The position numbers were made by a program, and so were the translations under genes. The notes under the pieces are model-generated. The model saw only the letters and a list, made by a program, of their open reading frames with translations, searched no databases and was not told where the DNA came from. Shown here in pieces: positions 34,601 to 46,403 of a DNA stretch of 64,000 nt. The stretch is from Hormiphora californensis (taxonomy: Eukaryota > Animalia > Ctenophora): assembly GCA_020137815.1 (NCBI GenBank), contig CM035353.1, forward strand, positions 7,564,001-7,628,000. Reading direction: 5' to 3'. Numbering within the stretch: the first letter of the stretch is position 1; the number at the start of each line of letters is the position of its first letter.

Positions 34601-35386
34601 CAATTCAACTTCATGTGTCTGTTCTACTTCTAGACAATTCAACTTCATGTGTCTGTTCTACTTCTAGACAATTCAACTTCATGTGTCCTGTTCTACTTCT
34701 AGACAATTCAACTTCATGTGTCTGTTCTACTTCTAGACAATTCAACTTCATGTGTCTGTTCTACTTCTAGACAATTCAACTTCATGTGTCTGTTCTACTT
34801 CTAGACAATTCAACTTCATGTGTCTGTTCTACTTCTAGACAATTCAACTTCATGTGTCCTGTTCTACTTCTAGACAATTCAACTTCATGTGTCTGTTCTA
34901 CTTCTAGACAATTCAACTTCATGTGTCTGTTCTACTTCTAGACAATTCAACTTCATGTGTCTGTTCTACTTCTAGACAATTCAACTTCATGTGTCTGTTC
35001 TACTTCTAGACAATTCAACTTCATGTGTCTGTTCTACTTCTAGACAATTCAACTTCATGTGTCTGTTCTACTTCTAGACAATTCAACTTCATGTGTCTGT
35101 TCTACTTCTAGACAATTCAACTTCATGTGTCTGTTCTACTTCTAGACAATTCAACTTCATGTGTCTGTTCTACTTCTAGACAATTCAACTTCATGTGTCT
35201 GTTCTACTTCTAGACAATTCAACTTCATGTGTCTGTTCTACTTCTAGACAATTCAACTTCATGTGTCTGTTCTACTTCTAGACATTTCAACTTCATGTGT
35301 CTGTTCTACTTCTAGACAATTCAACTTCATGTGTCTGTTCTACTTCTAGACAATTCAACTTCATGTGCCTGTTCTACTTCTAGACA
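31635..35386. repeat. 34-bp tandem satellite, ~110 copies
   Basis: Unit tagacaattcaacttcatgtgtctgttctacttc, head-to-tail with no spacers. Confidence 0.98.
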
Positions 35387-37985
35387 TTTCTTTTACTTCT
35401 ATAAGACACACTTGCGGTAAACTATAAAGGCGGAGTTGTATCTGAGAGCTATATAGTAAATTCTGGTACTTTCTTCTATGTACAACTACCTCCTCCACGT
35501 CAACAACACTACATGTTGACACTGCAGCAGCAGCTGTGGGGTTCTCTTAATTCAGCAGATTCTGTAGTTGTGTTGACACGCGATATCCAGTGGCAGCTTC
35601 GCGTTGGTTATTATTCTGAGTTGTTTAATTTGAAGTTGAATTGAAGTTAATTTATGATTAACGTAATAGCGAAGCAATATATATACCAAGAGTATGAATC
35701 ATAATGAAGTATAATTAAGAATTCTTGTTTGGCAATTAAAAGTATTCCATAGTTCAAAGAGGCGGTCAAGTGGAAAACATTCTTGCCGCGTGCATGTTAA
35801 AACGCTTGGAAATAACTTTGTGTATCATGCACACTATATACCAGCTTGTATCACTACCGCTCCACATGTTGATAAACAATTCTCGCTTCTCACTTCTCAC
35901 TAAGACTTATTACTGTAGTCTTTTGTTCAGGTCTGAGTATAATATACTGCCCAGTAGAGCCTACATGCCCGCATATATTATGTTTACTAGACCAATTATA
36001 AAACCAGATCTTGTACACAGATCAGTCTCTTGGAATCCCGGCCTCTCTCACTTGATTTGTATCCTACTATCCTAGCTAGCTCACATGTCATGTGTATCCT
36101 CTCTCTCTCACAATTCATCTTTGAGTAAGTCATCAGTTACACATGTACCACACCACATGAAACTGTAACCACTCACCATGTGCAGCTGTTAGTAAAGACA
36201 ATAATGATATCCTGCCCTATTGATGAGTGATAGTAGGGCGTCTGATGTTCTAAGATGAAATATTGCATGCTTAATACCGACGCTTTATTATTCATTATCA
36301 CCCAGATTATTTGCAGATTCTCATCAGTATCTTGAATTTTAATTTGATAACCCCTGGCATCATAATATTGTAAGCTCCAAAATGGGCTTCCCCACACAGA
36401 CCTCGTCGTATTAATTGCTTCTCTTCTTTCTCATATAGATTCGGCATATACTTCTCTCTCTGTCTGACCGTCTCCCCCTCTCTCTCTTCTCTCTCTCTCT
36501 CTCTCCTCTGTTATCCAATCTTGTACACCATACTCTATGTGATTGCAGCTCTATCGACCTTTTCATATTACCCTACCATGGGGCCATCTCTATCGTGTTA
36601 GTAGTACAACCGTACAACCTGCTTCGTTAGCCACTATCATAGTCGCGGGACTAATTCGTAAAGTCCCACTTGACTCCTTATTTAGTAGATGTCTTCTTCC
36701 CCCCTTCCACCAGCCACCTACATATTATACTGAGGAGACAGGAGAAGAGACTTTGACAGTGATTGGTATTTAAAGTGCTTTACTAAATTACAGCGCAGGG
36801 AAGTATGGAGATGGGAAGTATGGAGATGCAACAGAAGAAAGGGTATTACTGATTAGAGGAGGAGGCTGAATGGAGAAAGCTCCAGACTCTGCAGTAATGA
36901 TTATATAGCTGCAGATGAAAGGGATCAAAGGGATTGCGTGCATTTGTTGACATGAATGCTGTTCCTGCAGTACTCAATCTTTCCGATATTATGTTAAAGA
37001 TCTTTGCTGCCCAGCTCGAATATAAAGAGCTGGGGTAGGGCTGGGGCTGGGTCAGCGATAAAACACGTCTTGTGTTGGCTGTTGCTACCCGATGAATGGG
37101 TACTTGTGAAATTTATTTGTCGCCACGTGTAATGCGTGGCTGAATGAGTATTGCGGGGTCTAGTTATAGTATTTGCATTCAGAGTGAGTTGGGGATCGGT
37201 CTCTTGCTATAGGGGTTCATGAGTGTCGTGAGTACCTCTAGTGAATAGTGATACTTGCCACTTGGATCTGGTTAACATTAGGAAATAGGAACGTTACGCT
37301 CGTCCTCCAAGTGACCAGTGCCACAATTGGGTGCCCACTGGGCGCTAATGAGCACCGCGGTAGAGGTTAGCTTAGGCTACTGATCACAACATATGGGATA
37401 TATTTCTCATCAAGAGAGAGATGTAATACTCAACACTGCAGTTGAGTCATGACCGCGTCAATCACACACGCAATTGATCCCCCCACACCACAGTGACGTG
37501 ATTCAGTCCTTTTAGAGGGAGCTATAAATAACATCGCTCTCTGATCGATAGTGCTGCACTATCAATGATACCATATATATTGGATTGTATTTGAGCTCAG
37601 CTATTCCAGCTTTTCCCTACTTATGGTGTACATTGTACAATTATGTACATTGTACACGGTCATGTATGCCGTACTGTCTGAGTGTAAAGTCAGACATTTG
37701 AAATTATTGGCCCCCTTTTTGCTTTTGTGAAAGTTTCAAAAGCTCTGACTTTACCAGTTGACGAGTGCTTTAATAAACACTTTTCTAACCCTGTCTTATT
37801 GAAAAGTTGTTTAACCCAATTTTCACCTGCTATTGGACATGTCAGGTGTGGTGAAACCAATAACACTTTGATCTTGTGTCAACCAATGTTTTTCACTGTG
37901 TTTCCCTTTGAAAACGTTTTGCCTGTTCAACCTATAGAAAGATGTAATATACATGGGTAGTGTGTGTGTGCTATGATAGAGTGTC

Positions 37986-40900
37986 ATGGAGGCATCCCAG
38001 CTGCTACAGACCCTTCTGGATATATCAGTACAAGCCAGTCATCTTGCCAGGTAGATTGTGTGTGATGTTGTAGAGTAACTCAACAAGTGCGGTGAGTAGT
38101 ACGGTCCATGTTGCAGTTTGCAGAGTGTGGAACAAAAGATAGAGTAATATATTCCATGACCTCAACTCAGAGACCAATGTTACCTCTGTTTACTAGATGT
38201 CAACTCTCTCTCAACTCTTAGACCAACATTGCCTACTACTTTACTAGATTAATACGAGATGATAAGGAACTATTTGATCTACTGGTGGCATCGAAAGATG
38301 TCCGAGTGTTGGACGGATCTCCTGACTTTAAAACACTGGCAGACGTCCTGATACAATCAACCTTTAAATACAGGATAGGAAAACAGGTATACATCTAGCT
38401 ATTGTTATACCAAAGTTAATTCTGTCAGAGCATTCGCCTGACCTTATTTTCATTTCTTTCAAATAAGCGCACGAGAACTGTTATGTGGCAATTGAAATTA
38501 GTGGAGATTAATTTTAGAGTTTCTAAATCATGTCCCAATCATGTTTAACAAACTTACCCAATGTTCAACAGTTTCCTGGTCATCGTATATCGATCCGAGG
38601 GGAGGAGGATGGCACCTTTCCGAGCCTGAACGGGGGAAAAATAGACTTGAAGATAACAGATGATATTGATAACACACGGTTAGCATGCATTTCATGTAAT
38701 TAAGGGTTAATTGACTGTCCCGATATAACCGATAACCACCCTAATTAGATCTCCTGATCATCTATGGTACCATTGCCCCCCCCCCTATTCTCGCTTAGCG
38801 ATATGTGTGAGATCGATCGTACGCGACTTCCATATCTCTCACATGTGCCCATGTCACTTGGGCACGTCGCGCTATCCCCTGTATGTGGCTGCCAACCATG
38901 TCACCTACTCTAATCCATGTCAGACTACGCGATGATCTTCCTATCCCATATGATACACTGTCAGGGCATTGGCCTGACAAATGATGCACGTAGTAGCCGA
39001 CTAATCCATTACCACGTTCCAGACGTCTACTGAGCTGTGTGCTGAAGAACGTTAACGTGATAGACAAGCTGAGTGAGGGAGTGCACAGGAGTATCTCAGT
39101 GAGAGATGATCTTGTGCGGCAATGTGATGGGATAATGCTCCCTGAAGACCTTGACATTTGGATTGATCCCATAGGTGAGGAGTAGGAACAAGTAAACAAC
39201 CAATCAGAACTCGTTATTTAGGTCACGTGACTGGTTATCAGCCAATCAGGGATCAGTATTTCCTGATTCGGTCGGTTCCTGGTGAGGAGTGCCCCTTTCT
39301 CACAATGTTCATGTTCTGTCATTATATAGCTCACAATATACTTGCTGGAGAAGCAGCTTCTCACCCCTATAACTAGCAACAACACAATACTTTTACTTTG
39401 AAACCAGCTATCACTGAGCTGCGGCTGAGGACACCCCTAGGTTACTTTAAGGACATCCATTAATCATTGTTATGTTACAGATAGTACGAAGGGATATATA
39501 ACGGGCGGGACCAGTCTGGAGAGTGTCACTGTACTGGTAGGGGTCCACTACAACTCTGTCCCAATTCTGGGTAAGCAGTTTCCATTGGTATACCCCCCCT
39601 GCTGTTATATCGAGGTTTTCATTGGCAGGAGATCAGAGTAGATTTAAGCATATATCCATATAAAATCGCCACGTTACAAGTGCTATAATTTTAACTGAGT
39701 AACCCAGCTTCTCGCTCCCCTACAAGAATATAGGTGATGTAACCTCCTTCCCTCCAGGAGTGATGAGTTATCCCTTCACCAAGGAACAGATATGGGGTCT
39801 TGCCTACGAAGACAAGCGGATTTGTAATCTTCCAAAACCCAGGATAACCAGTCCAATCAAGTCAGTATATTGTGTAACAACTCGACTTGACAAGTTGACA
39901 AGTTGGACAGTATAGTAAATATATGTATCCGTCACGTCATGGCGCCCCACTAGAAATGTTGCCATAGTGACACGGCGCCCCACTCCTTGACAACCACTCT
40001 CCTTGACAACCACTCCCCTTGACAACCACACTCCTTGACAACCACTCTCCAATTGACAACCAGTATATATGTCAGTTGTCAAAGTGTGTCTACCGCAGAG
40101 AATGCCGTAGACTCTACGGCAGTTTAATGCATTCCCTTTTTCATTTTATGAGTTGTCATTATATTGACCGTCCCTCTCTACTACAGGAACATAGTGTTGT
40201 CTGGGGTGGAGAGTAACAAGTGTAAGGATCAACTTCTCAGTGCCGGATATCAGGTATTTCACACAGATAAACCTTGCTGAGCGTTTCATTTTGTTGAGTA
40301 AGGTGCTCAACAACAGATCATTATAACCTCGCTATAATACTCGGTATTTCCCTTGTGGTGAGCCACACCCGATCTAAATACTGCACGCGAAGTATTTCAA
40401 AACGAGGTGTGACTTGTTGAGTAGGGGATGGAGATCTCAACAAGGTCTGACAGGAAAGTAGGGAAAGGTCTTAAAATAGAAATGCAAGCAGTATAACTTA
40501 ATATATTGCAGGGAAATTGTTTCCCCTCCTTGATTAATCAAAGTGTCTCGTCTCCAAGATTAGACAGCTGGGTATCCAAATTGTATGTGATGCAGTTCTA
40601 AAAATACCAACTAAAAAACTATTAGACATGTTACAACACCCCTCCCACTCCAACACATAATGTACTCTCTCTCTCTCTCTCACTCCCTCTCTCACTCCCT
40701 CTCTCTCTCTCTCTCGAAACAACATCTAACACGTGTACCTTTTTCAGATAGAAGCTGTCCAGGGGGCTGGCCACAAATTGGGATGCGTGATATCAGGCAA
40801 GGCATCATTCTTCTTCACATCTAGAACTGGGTAGGTATCCCCTGTAGATGGGAGAAGGGTGTATTATAGTGGCTGGGTTGTCATTCAAGCAGGGTGGTGT

Positions 40901-41209
40901 TGCAGTGGTGGTCATGTGTTTTTTTAAAATGAAATACACATACCATGAAAACGTTGAAACGTTGAACATGTTGTAACATGTTGTAATATATATCTTCCAT
41001 TCAGCACGTTCCAATGGGATACCTGTGGACCCCACGCCATCCTGAGGGCAATGTCAGGAGACATCCTGACCCTTGCCCCGGGTCCCAATGGCCGGTTGCG
41101 CCTCGGTGAGCCCCTCAAGTACAATGACAGCACGGGTCCCAACTCAGGATTCATTGCCTATGTGGATGGGAGAGAAATGGAGAAGTTAAAGGGAAAACTT
41201 AACTTATGA
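37986..41209 (+). CDS. INPP1: Inositol polyphosphate 1-phosphatase (IMPase/FIG superfamily), 336 aa
   Basis: Phase-consistent exons 37986-38050, 38248-38386, 38572-38678, 39023-39174, 39481-39570, 39758-39860, 40187-40253, 40748-40830, 41005-41209 (1011 nt). Motifs DFKTLADVLIQ, GEE, WIDPIDST, GAGHK and TFQWDTCGPHAILRAM match INPP1. Confidence 0.93.
39183..39281 (-). mobile_element. hAT-like MITE, same family as 23436-23545
   Basis: Termini taggaac ... gttcctg; 8-bp TSD gtgaggag (39175-39182, 39282-39289). Confidence 0.8.
39980..40061. repeat. Short ~16-bp tandem repeat
   Basis: ttgacaaccactctcc-like unit, ~5 copies, in INPP1 intron 6. Confidence 0.75.
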
Positions 41210-43519
41210 TATGCAGCTACATTGTCTGGAGGAGGGGTGAGAGAGACATGTTTCAGGGTGAGAGCGTGGGTGCAGGGGTGTGTGCACTGTGCAGGAGGGG
41301 TGAGAGAGATATGTTTCAGGGAGAGATCGCGTGGGTACAGGGGTGTGCAGGGGTGTGTGGTATAAATACAAGCTGTGTAATAGGGACCAACTTACAAAAA
41401 GTACCCGGGTCATTAATGGATTGTACAAAGTGTGTATGACGATACAATGAGAGTGTGTAATGTGTACAACTGTTTGTACATTTGTATTTAGTATTTTACA
41501 CTCAATCGTATATTTTAGTGCATTGTGCCGCTTAGATGTGAGCATTTTAAATGTATACTCTTTACATTCTAATCTCATTAATATAACAGAGTTTTAATGG
41601 GGGGGGGGGGGCAGATGAGTACATACTACCAAATGAGTAATGCCAAAAACGTAGTAATTACAATATAGAGTACTGCTAGGCTGTCCAAAGAATATACTAA
41701 ATACACACACCGCAGCAGGATTTCAATGCCCACTAAACTCTTTTGTCCATCATTCATGATCATACCAGTGCTGCTTGCAGTCAAAATACGGTAACGCAAA
41801 ATACAGTAAGGAGACGCGCACGGTGCATAACGCGCGGCAAAAAGTTCATGTGTCAGCACGTACTAGCGCCCTGATTGGTCACGGTTGCGCGTCGTCTTAC
41901 TGTATCTTCGTTTTCCATTACCGTTTTCCCACTACAAGCGACCGTGTACTCCATGATTGGCCACATCGATACCTGAATGAGATCGACGTCACGAGCAACT
42001 GAGATCGATCTCACATAGGGAGCGAGAATAGGTTGCAATGGATCCAAAGTCCATGATACACTTTACTAGGTTTATCAAACCTATTATTAAATAGTATGTT
42101 TCCATAGTTGACCGGGTTGCGAGCACACGACACACGGATTTCTCAATTCATTGGATTCTCATTTCACACACCTGGCACTGTTGTTGTATTGTCATGTTAC
42201 ACGTGAGTGAGTCTGTGTTGTCGTGTTACACGTGCGACCCAATAGGAAGAGCCCCATGGACACAAAGGAAGCAGCACGCCGGCTCTGCGTTTCACGCATA
42301 CAAGAAGGCGTCAGTGCGGCATTTCAGGCATCAATTGACAGCTGATAGAGGAGAAGGTATCAGTACGAGAGGCATTGGAGAGTGTAGCGAACCACTCAGC
42401 TATCGCCTATCAGATGGATAAGTCGATATGAATTTAATTTAAAAAATTTTTTTCTTGCAGTTATCAGTGTGTTTTAATATGAATTCTTGTCTCTATTAAA
42501 AACAGTACAAAATCACGGATCACTACATTTGGTAATGGAACACGGTCATAAGAATATGAGGAAAGGTTGAGAAATTCGGTTTCACCTCATTTTTCTTTGT
42601 CGGGGGAATTGTTATTTGTTGTATTGTCATGTTACACGTAAGTGAGTGTGTGTTGTCGTGTTACACGTACTATACTACTATCATGATTACAAACTTATGA
42701 AAGACAGAGAGAATGGGTGAAACCGATGGGATGACAAGGTCGCACCAAGCATGACGCTGCACGTGTAACATGACAATACAACACTGTTCCGTCATTATAT
42801 ACGAGGAAGGAGAAGGGGCCGTAATCAGGATAATGCTCTTCAACCGGTGCGTGGTAGAGGGCAGGGTCGTGGCCGAAGAGGCCGAAGCCGTGGGGCTGCT
42901 GCTGGGAGGCCCGTCGTGCAAGTAAATGCAAGGTGAGCGGGACCCTATACTCTGGAATAAATATATATAGTTTAATTTCTAATGTGTAAATGTTATGTAC
43001 AAAAATTCTAATAAAGCACCCCACCCCTAGAAGGTGACGAGTTTGAAGAAGAAGACAACGAACATTCCAGAACCTGTACGTTTAGTACATACGGCAATTG
43101 ATCGTTACAGAAGAGCACGAAAGGAACAATCCACTGTAAGTTTTCCAAAAAACAACCCCTTCTAATCATTTTTACTATTAGTACTAGCGCACCCCTCATG
43201 TAAGTGGTTTTGACAACCCAGTGGGCTGCAGCTGTTATGTAGTGGAGCTAATATAGAGGACGACCAGGACGGACACCACGATCAGAAGGCGGTATCTGGT
43301 GAAGAGATCAGTGTTCGACCGAGTCCCAACTATCCCAACTAGCTGAGGAATATTGTTACCGGGCTGATCGCTAGGGTCTGACGGTTAACATTCACGATAG
43401 TCTCACTCTGGGAAATGAAGTTGTTCAAGGATTGGTCGGGAAAAATCCTTTAACTGTGACTCTTTCCAAATCCCAGTTTTGTGTTCAGTTTCCCTTCAGT
43501 ATTCGGGCTATGCCTCAAA

Positions 43520-43606
43520 GCCAAAAGAAGGACATTTTGGGCCCCAACCTTGAACCTACGATCGTTGCATGAGTAGGTTGGGGCCCAAAATGTCCTTCTT
43601 TTGGCT
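43520..43606. repeat. Hairpin with ~31-bp arms
   Basis: gccaaaagaaggacattttgggccccaacct ... aggttggggcccaaaatgtccttcttttggc. Confidence 0.85.
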
Positions 43607-45099
43607 CGAGCCCTGGCGATAACGAATTCGTGTGAGCAAAGAGTTACATTTGACCAGTGTCTAGCTCATGAGCTCTCACCATGAGCTCTCACTATATATC
43701 GTTTGCTGCTCGACATTTTGTCACGTTTTTTGAGCTTCTACCTACACCCCCCCCTTTTGAGGACGCTCCACCACCATATTCCGCCACACAACTAATGTAA
43801 CATGCCTGCCCCGATAAGAGGAACTGATCCCGAGATAATTACTGAAATTCTCGATGCTGAAACTGAAGAGGAGGCCAAGAAACTCGCCAAGACCTACTCA
43901 GAAAAGCCCCCGCGGACGAATGACGATAAACTGTTCTGCCATGTTATACAAAAGAGCTATCAACGGAGAGCTGTCAACGTAGAAACATAATGTTCTCGAA
44001 AGCTTCTTTCAATTTTAATTGATTTAGTATCATTATATCGGTAATTATCTTGTTAAAGCAAACGCGATCCGAGTATGAAGACTGCAGTTGATGGAAGGAG
44101 CATCACAGTTGACCCCAGTGTCCTCATTCAGAGGTCACTAGCACATGCACCCAGACTTGACACTGATTGTACACTACGGGAGTTATGAAGTATAAACGGT
44201 TCATGTACATGTCTTATCTTCGAATTAAAAAGGCGAAAAATTTGAAAAGTAGGATGCTATTAGCCAAGAGTCAAGATGAACGTATCAGACCCCTTGAAGA
44301 AAAGAACCTCCGATCTGAACCTTATTCTTGCCGGACCACATTGATCCCAGTCTTTTCAATACCCCCATAGCAGCGGGGACTTTTAACAGTTAAAGTACCC
44401 GGGAACTACAAATGATTGGTATTAGGGAGGCGATTAAAAAACACCGCCCTACCAATCCCCCCACTCCCAGTTTGCTGCTAATGCATTGTCTTACCCGACC
44501 TTATTCCCATCGATACCAAAAGACTTCAAGGGACCCAATAAACTCTAACTGTACTTTTATTTTAATAAACAGGAAACGGGAAAGAAATAAGGCTACTAGT
44601 CCTCGAAACTGGCCGCTCGTCACAATTGGTGACTTCAGAGTTCAGTGAAAGTTCTTTGGAAGATGAGGGCCCTATTATCAGCAGTGAACACCAAGACACA
44701 ATGGGACGATGTGTGTCGGGAGTTCCAGAACTTAAAAGGAAGCTACAAGAAGAGTCCAGCATGTATAAGCCAGCCATGCTGTATGGTAAGCGGTTCTACT
44801 CCCGTGTAGAAATGACACATCTTGTAAGCCGCCTGTGGAAATTCATTCTTAAAGGTTAGTTCTACCCGTTCAACTAACAAAGACTTGTTATTGACTCTTG
44901 GTGCTAATACCTTTTCTACGGAAGATATCTATATTATAAACTGAGCCAAGTTACTGAGCCAAGTTAATAGAAGACCTGATGGGTCTTACCACGGTGAAAC
45001 CTCGACTAGATATAGTTTTTTGGAGACCGGACCTAGGTTACGTATTTTTGACCGAGGAATCCGAAAAACCGTGGTAACTGTCATTCTCCCCTCTAGCTC

Positions 45100-45660
45100 A
45101 CTGATACGGGGTCGCAACCATATTCCCGTTTGTGTATTGTAATGATATATCTGGGTTTGTTGCCAAGGTACATGAGCTGCGGGGATTCGAACAGGATGAT
45201 CTGGCACTGAAAATCGGTATTGACAATGGCAAAGGATTTTTGAAAGTGACACTAACCGCCTACGATCCAGCTTCCTTGGGTAGCACTGCAGGCACCTCAC
45301 GTCATACCAGAAGCCAGGGAATAGGAGGTGATTTTGAGTCATCGAGACTGACTGCCGACTGGTCGCCAAAAGGTGTTTATTTTGGCTGTTGCTCCCCAAC
45401 TCCCGGAAAATTACTTCAATCTGGAGTCAACTTGCACTGGACAATGTAAACTACCTTCTTACTGGTGACTTGAAGGTTCTAAATCTGGTGGCAGGCGTCA
45501 TGAGCGGCAGTGCAAAATACCCCTGTGTTTATTGCCACGCCATGAAGGAAGTTCTCTGTTTTATACGATCATTAACTCGGAGAACTAACACCAACGTCAA
45601 CCACTACACCACCAACTACAAATCGGCCGGGGGAGACAGGGACTCTGCCAAAAAAATTAT
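45100..45660 (+). pseudogene. Decayed DDE transposase fragment, Chapaev/Transib-related
   Basis: LKIGIDNGKGFLKVTL (first catalytic Asp) and LTGDLKVLNLVAGVMSGSAKYPCVYC (second Asp plus CxxC), split by frameshifts. Confidence 0.6.
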
Positions 45661-45971
45661 ATACCAATTAGGAAATATTAAAGCAAAAGCGAGTATGAAG
45701 ATTGCAGTCATGATGTGAGGAGCCCAGTGTCAAAGTTCGGGTATCCAGGGATCCTGGCTGCTAGTCAATTTTATCGCCAAGATATCTAGTCAATTTTCTA
45801 AAATGGGAAAATTATAGTGAGACTATGGTATATTTACTGTTGTAGCACATTTAAAAAAACAAGGTAAATAGGGATGACAAACTTCAAATCACCATCTATG
45901 TATTTTCTCTAATTTACAGAACATTGTTTTTCTCTGATTTTCACCAATCACCATCTCCATTCTTACATTTT

Positions 45972-46042
45972 CCATCAGTGGTGTAGTGGTTACACCATGG
46001 ACTCTCACCCCGATCGTCTGGGTTCGAATCCGGATGGGGTGA
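45972..46042 (+). pseudogene. tRNA-Glu(CTC)-like degenerate sequence
   Basis: A box tggtgtagtgg, loop ctctcac, B box ggttcgaatcc; the stems pair poorly. Confidence 0.55.
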
Positions 46043-46334
46043 TTTGGCTTACTTTTTACTTTCATGATTTTTCTCTCTCTATATTCATTCTAGTGTGTTG
46101 TAACATGACACTGATATCATCACAATATCATAGAAGAACGCTCGTCAGTGCATATATGTGTGAGATCTCTCTCATAGGTGCCAGGATCTCTAGTCGGTAG
46201 AGAGGGAGCCTAGGAGGTATCCTGTGCTAGTCATGGATCCCGCCGCGCATGATAAGCTAATTGCTGAAAAGTCATGCTTTGTAGACTAGAGATCCAAACA
46301 TTTTATAGAGCGCTGAATAATGAAACTGGCACAA

Positions 46335-46403
46335 AGGTTGGTGGTCGAGTGGTACAATTCTCGCCTGTCAAGCGGGCGACCCGGGTTCGATCCCCAGGAT
46401 TGA
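46335..46403 (+). pseudogene. tRNA-Asp(GTC)-like degenerate sequence
   Basis: A box tggtcgagtgg, anticodon arm ctcgc-ctgtcaa-gcggg, B box ggttcgatccc; no good acceptor stem. Confidence 0.6.

Noticed and set aside
31635-35386. CRISPR array (34-bp repeat length)
   Set aside because: Repeats are contiguous with no unique spacers, there are no cas genes, and the context is eukaryotic.
36170-37400. Minus-strand gene divergent from INPP1
   Set aside because: Some exon-like segments are present, but I could not build a phase-consistent model or recognise a domain.
38074-38091. 18-nt in-frame microexon in INPP1
   Set aside because: The upstream intron would be only 23 nt, and the protein matches INPP1 without it.
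44055-44170. Academ-like transposase fragment (ITVDPSVLIQR)
   Set aside because: Too short to assign without a profile search.
45972-46403. Functional tRNA-Glu and tRNA-Asp genes
   Set aside because: Acceptor and other stems do not pair properly; listed as tRNA-like only.
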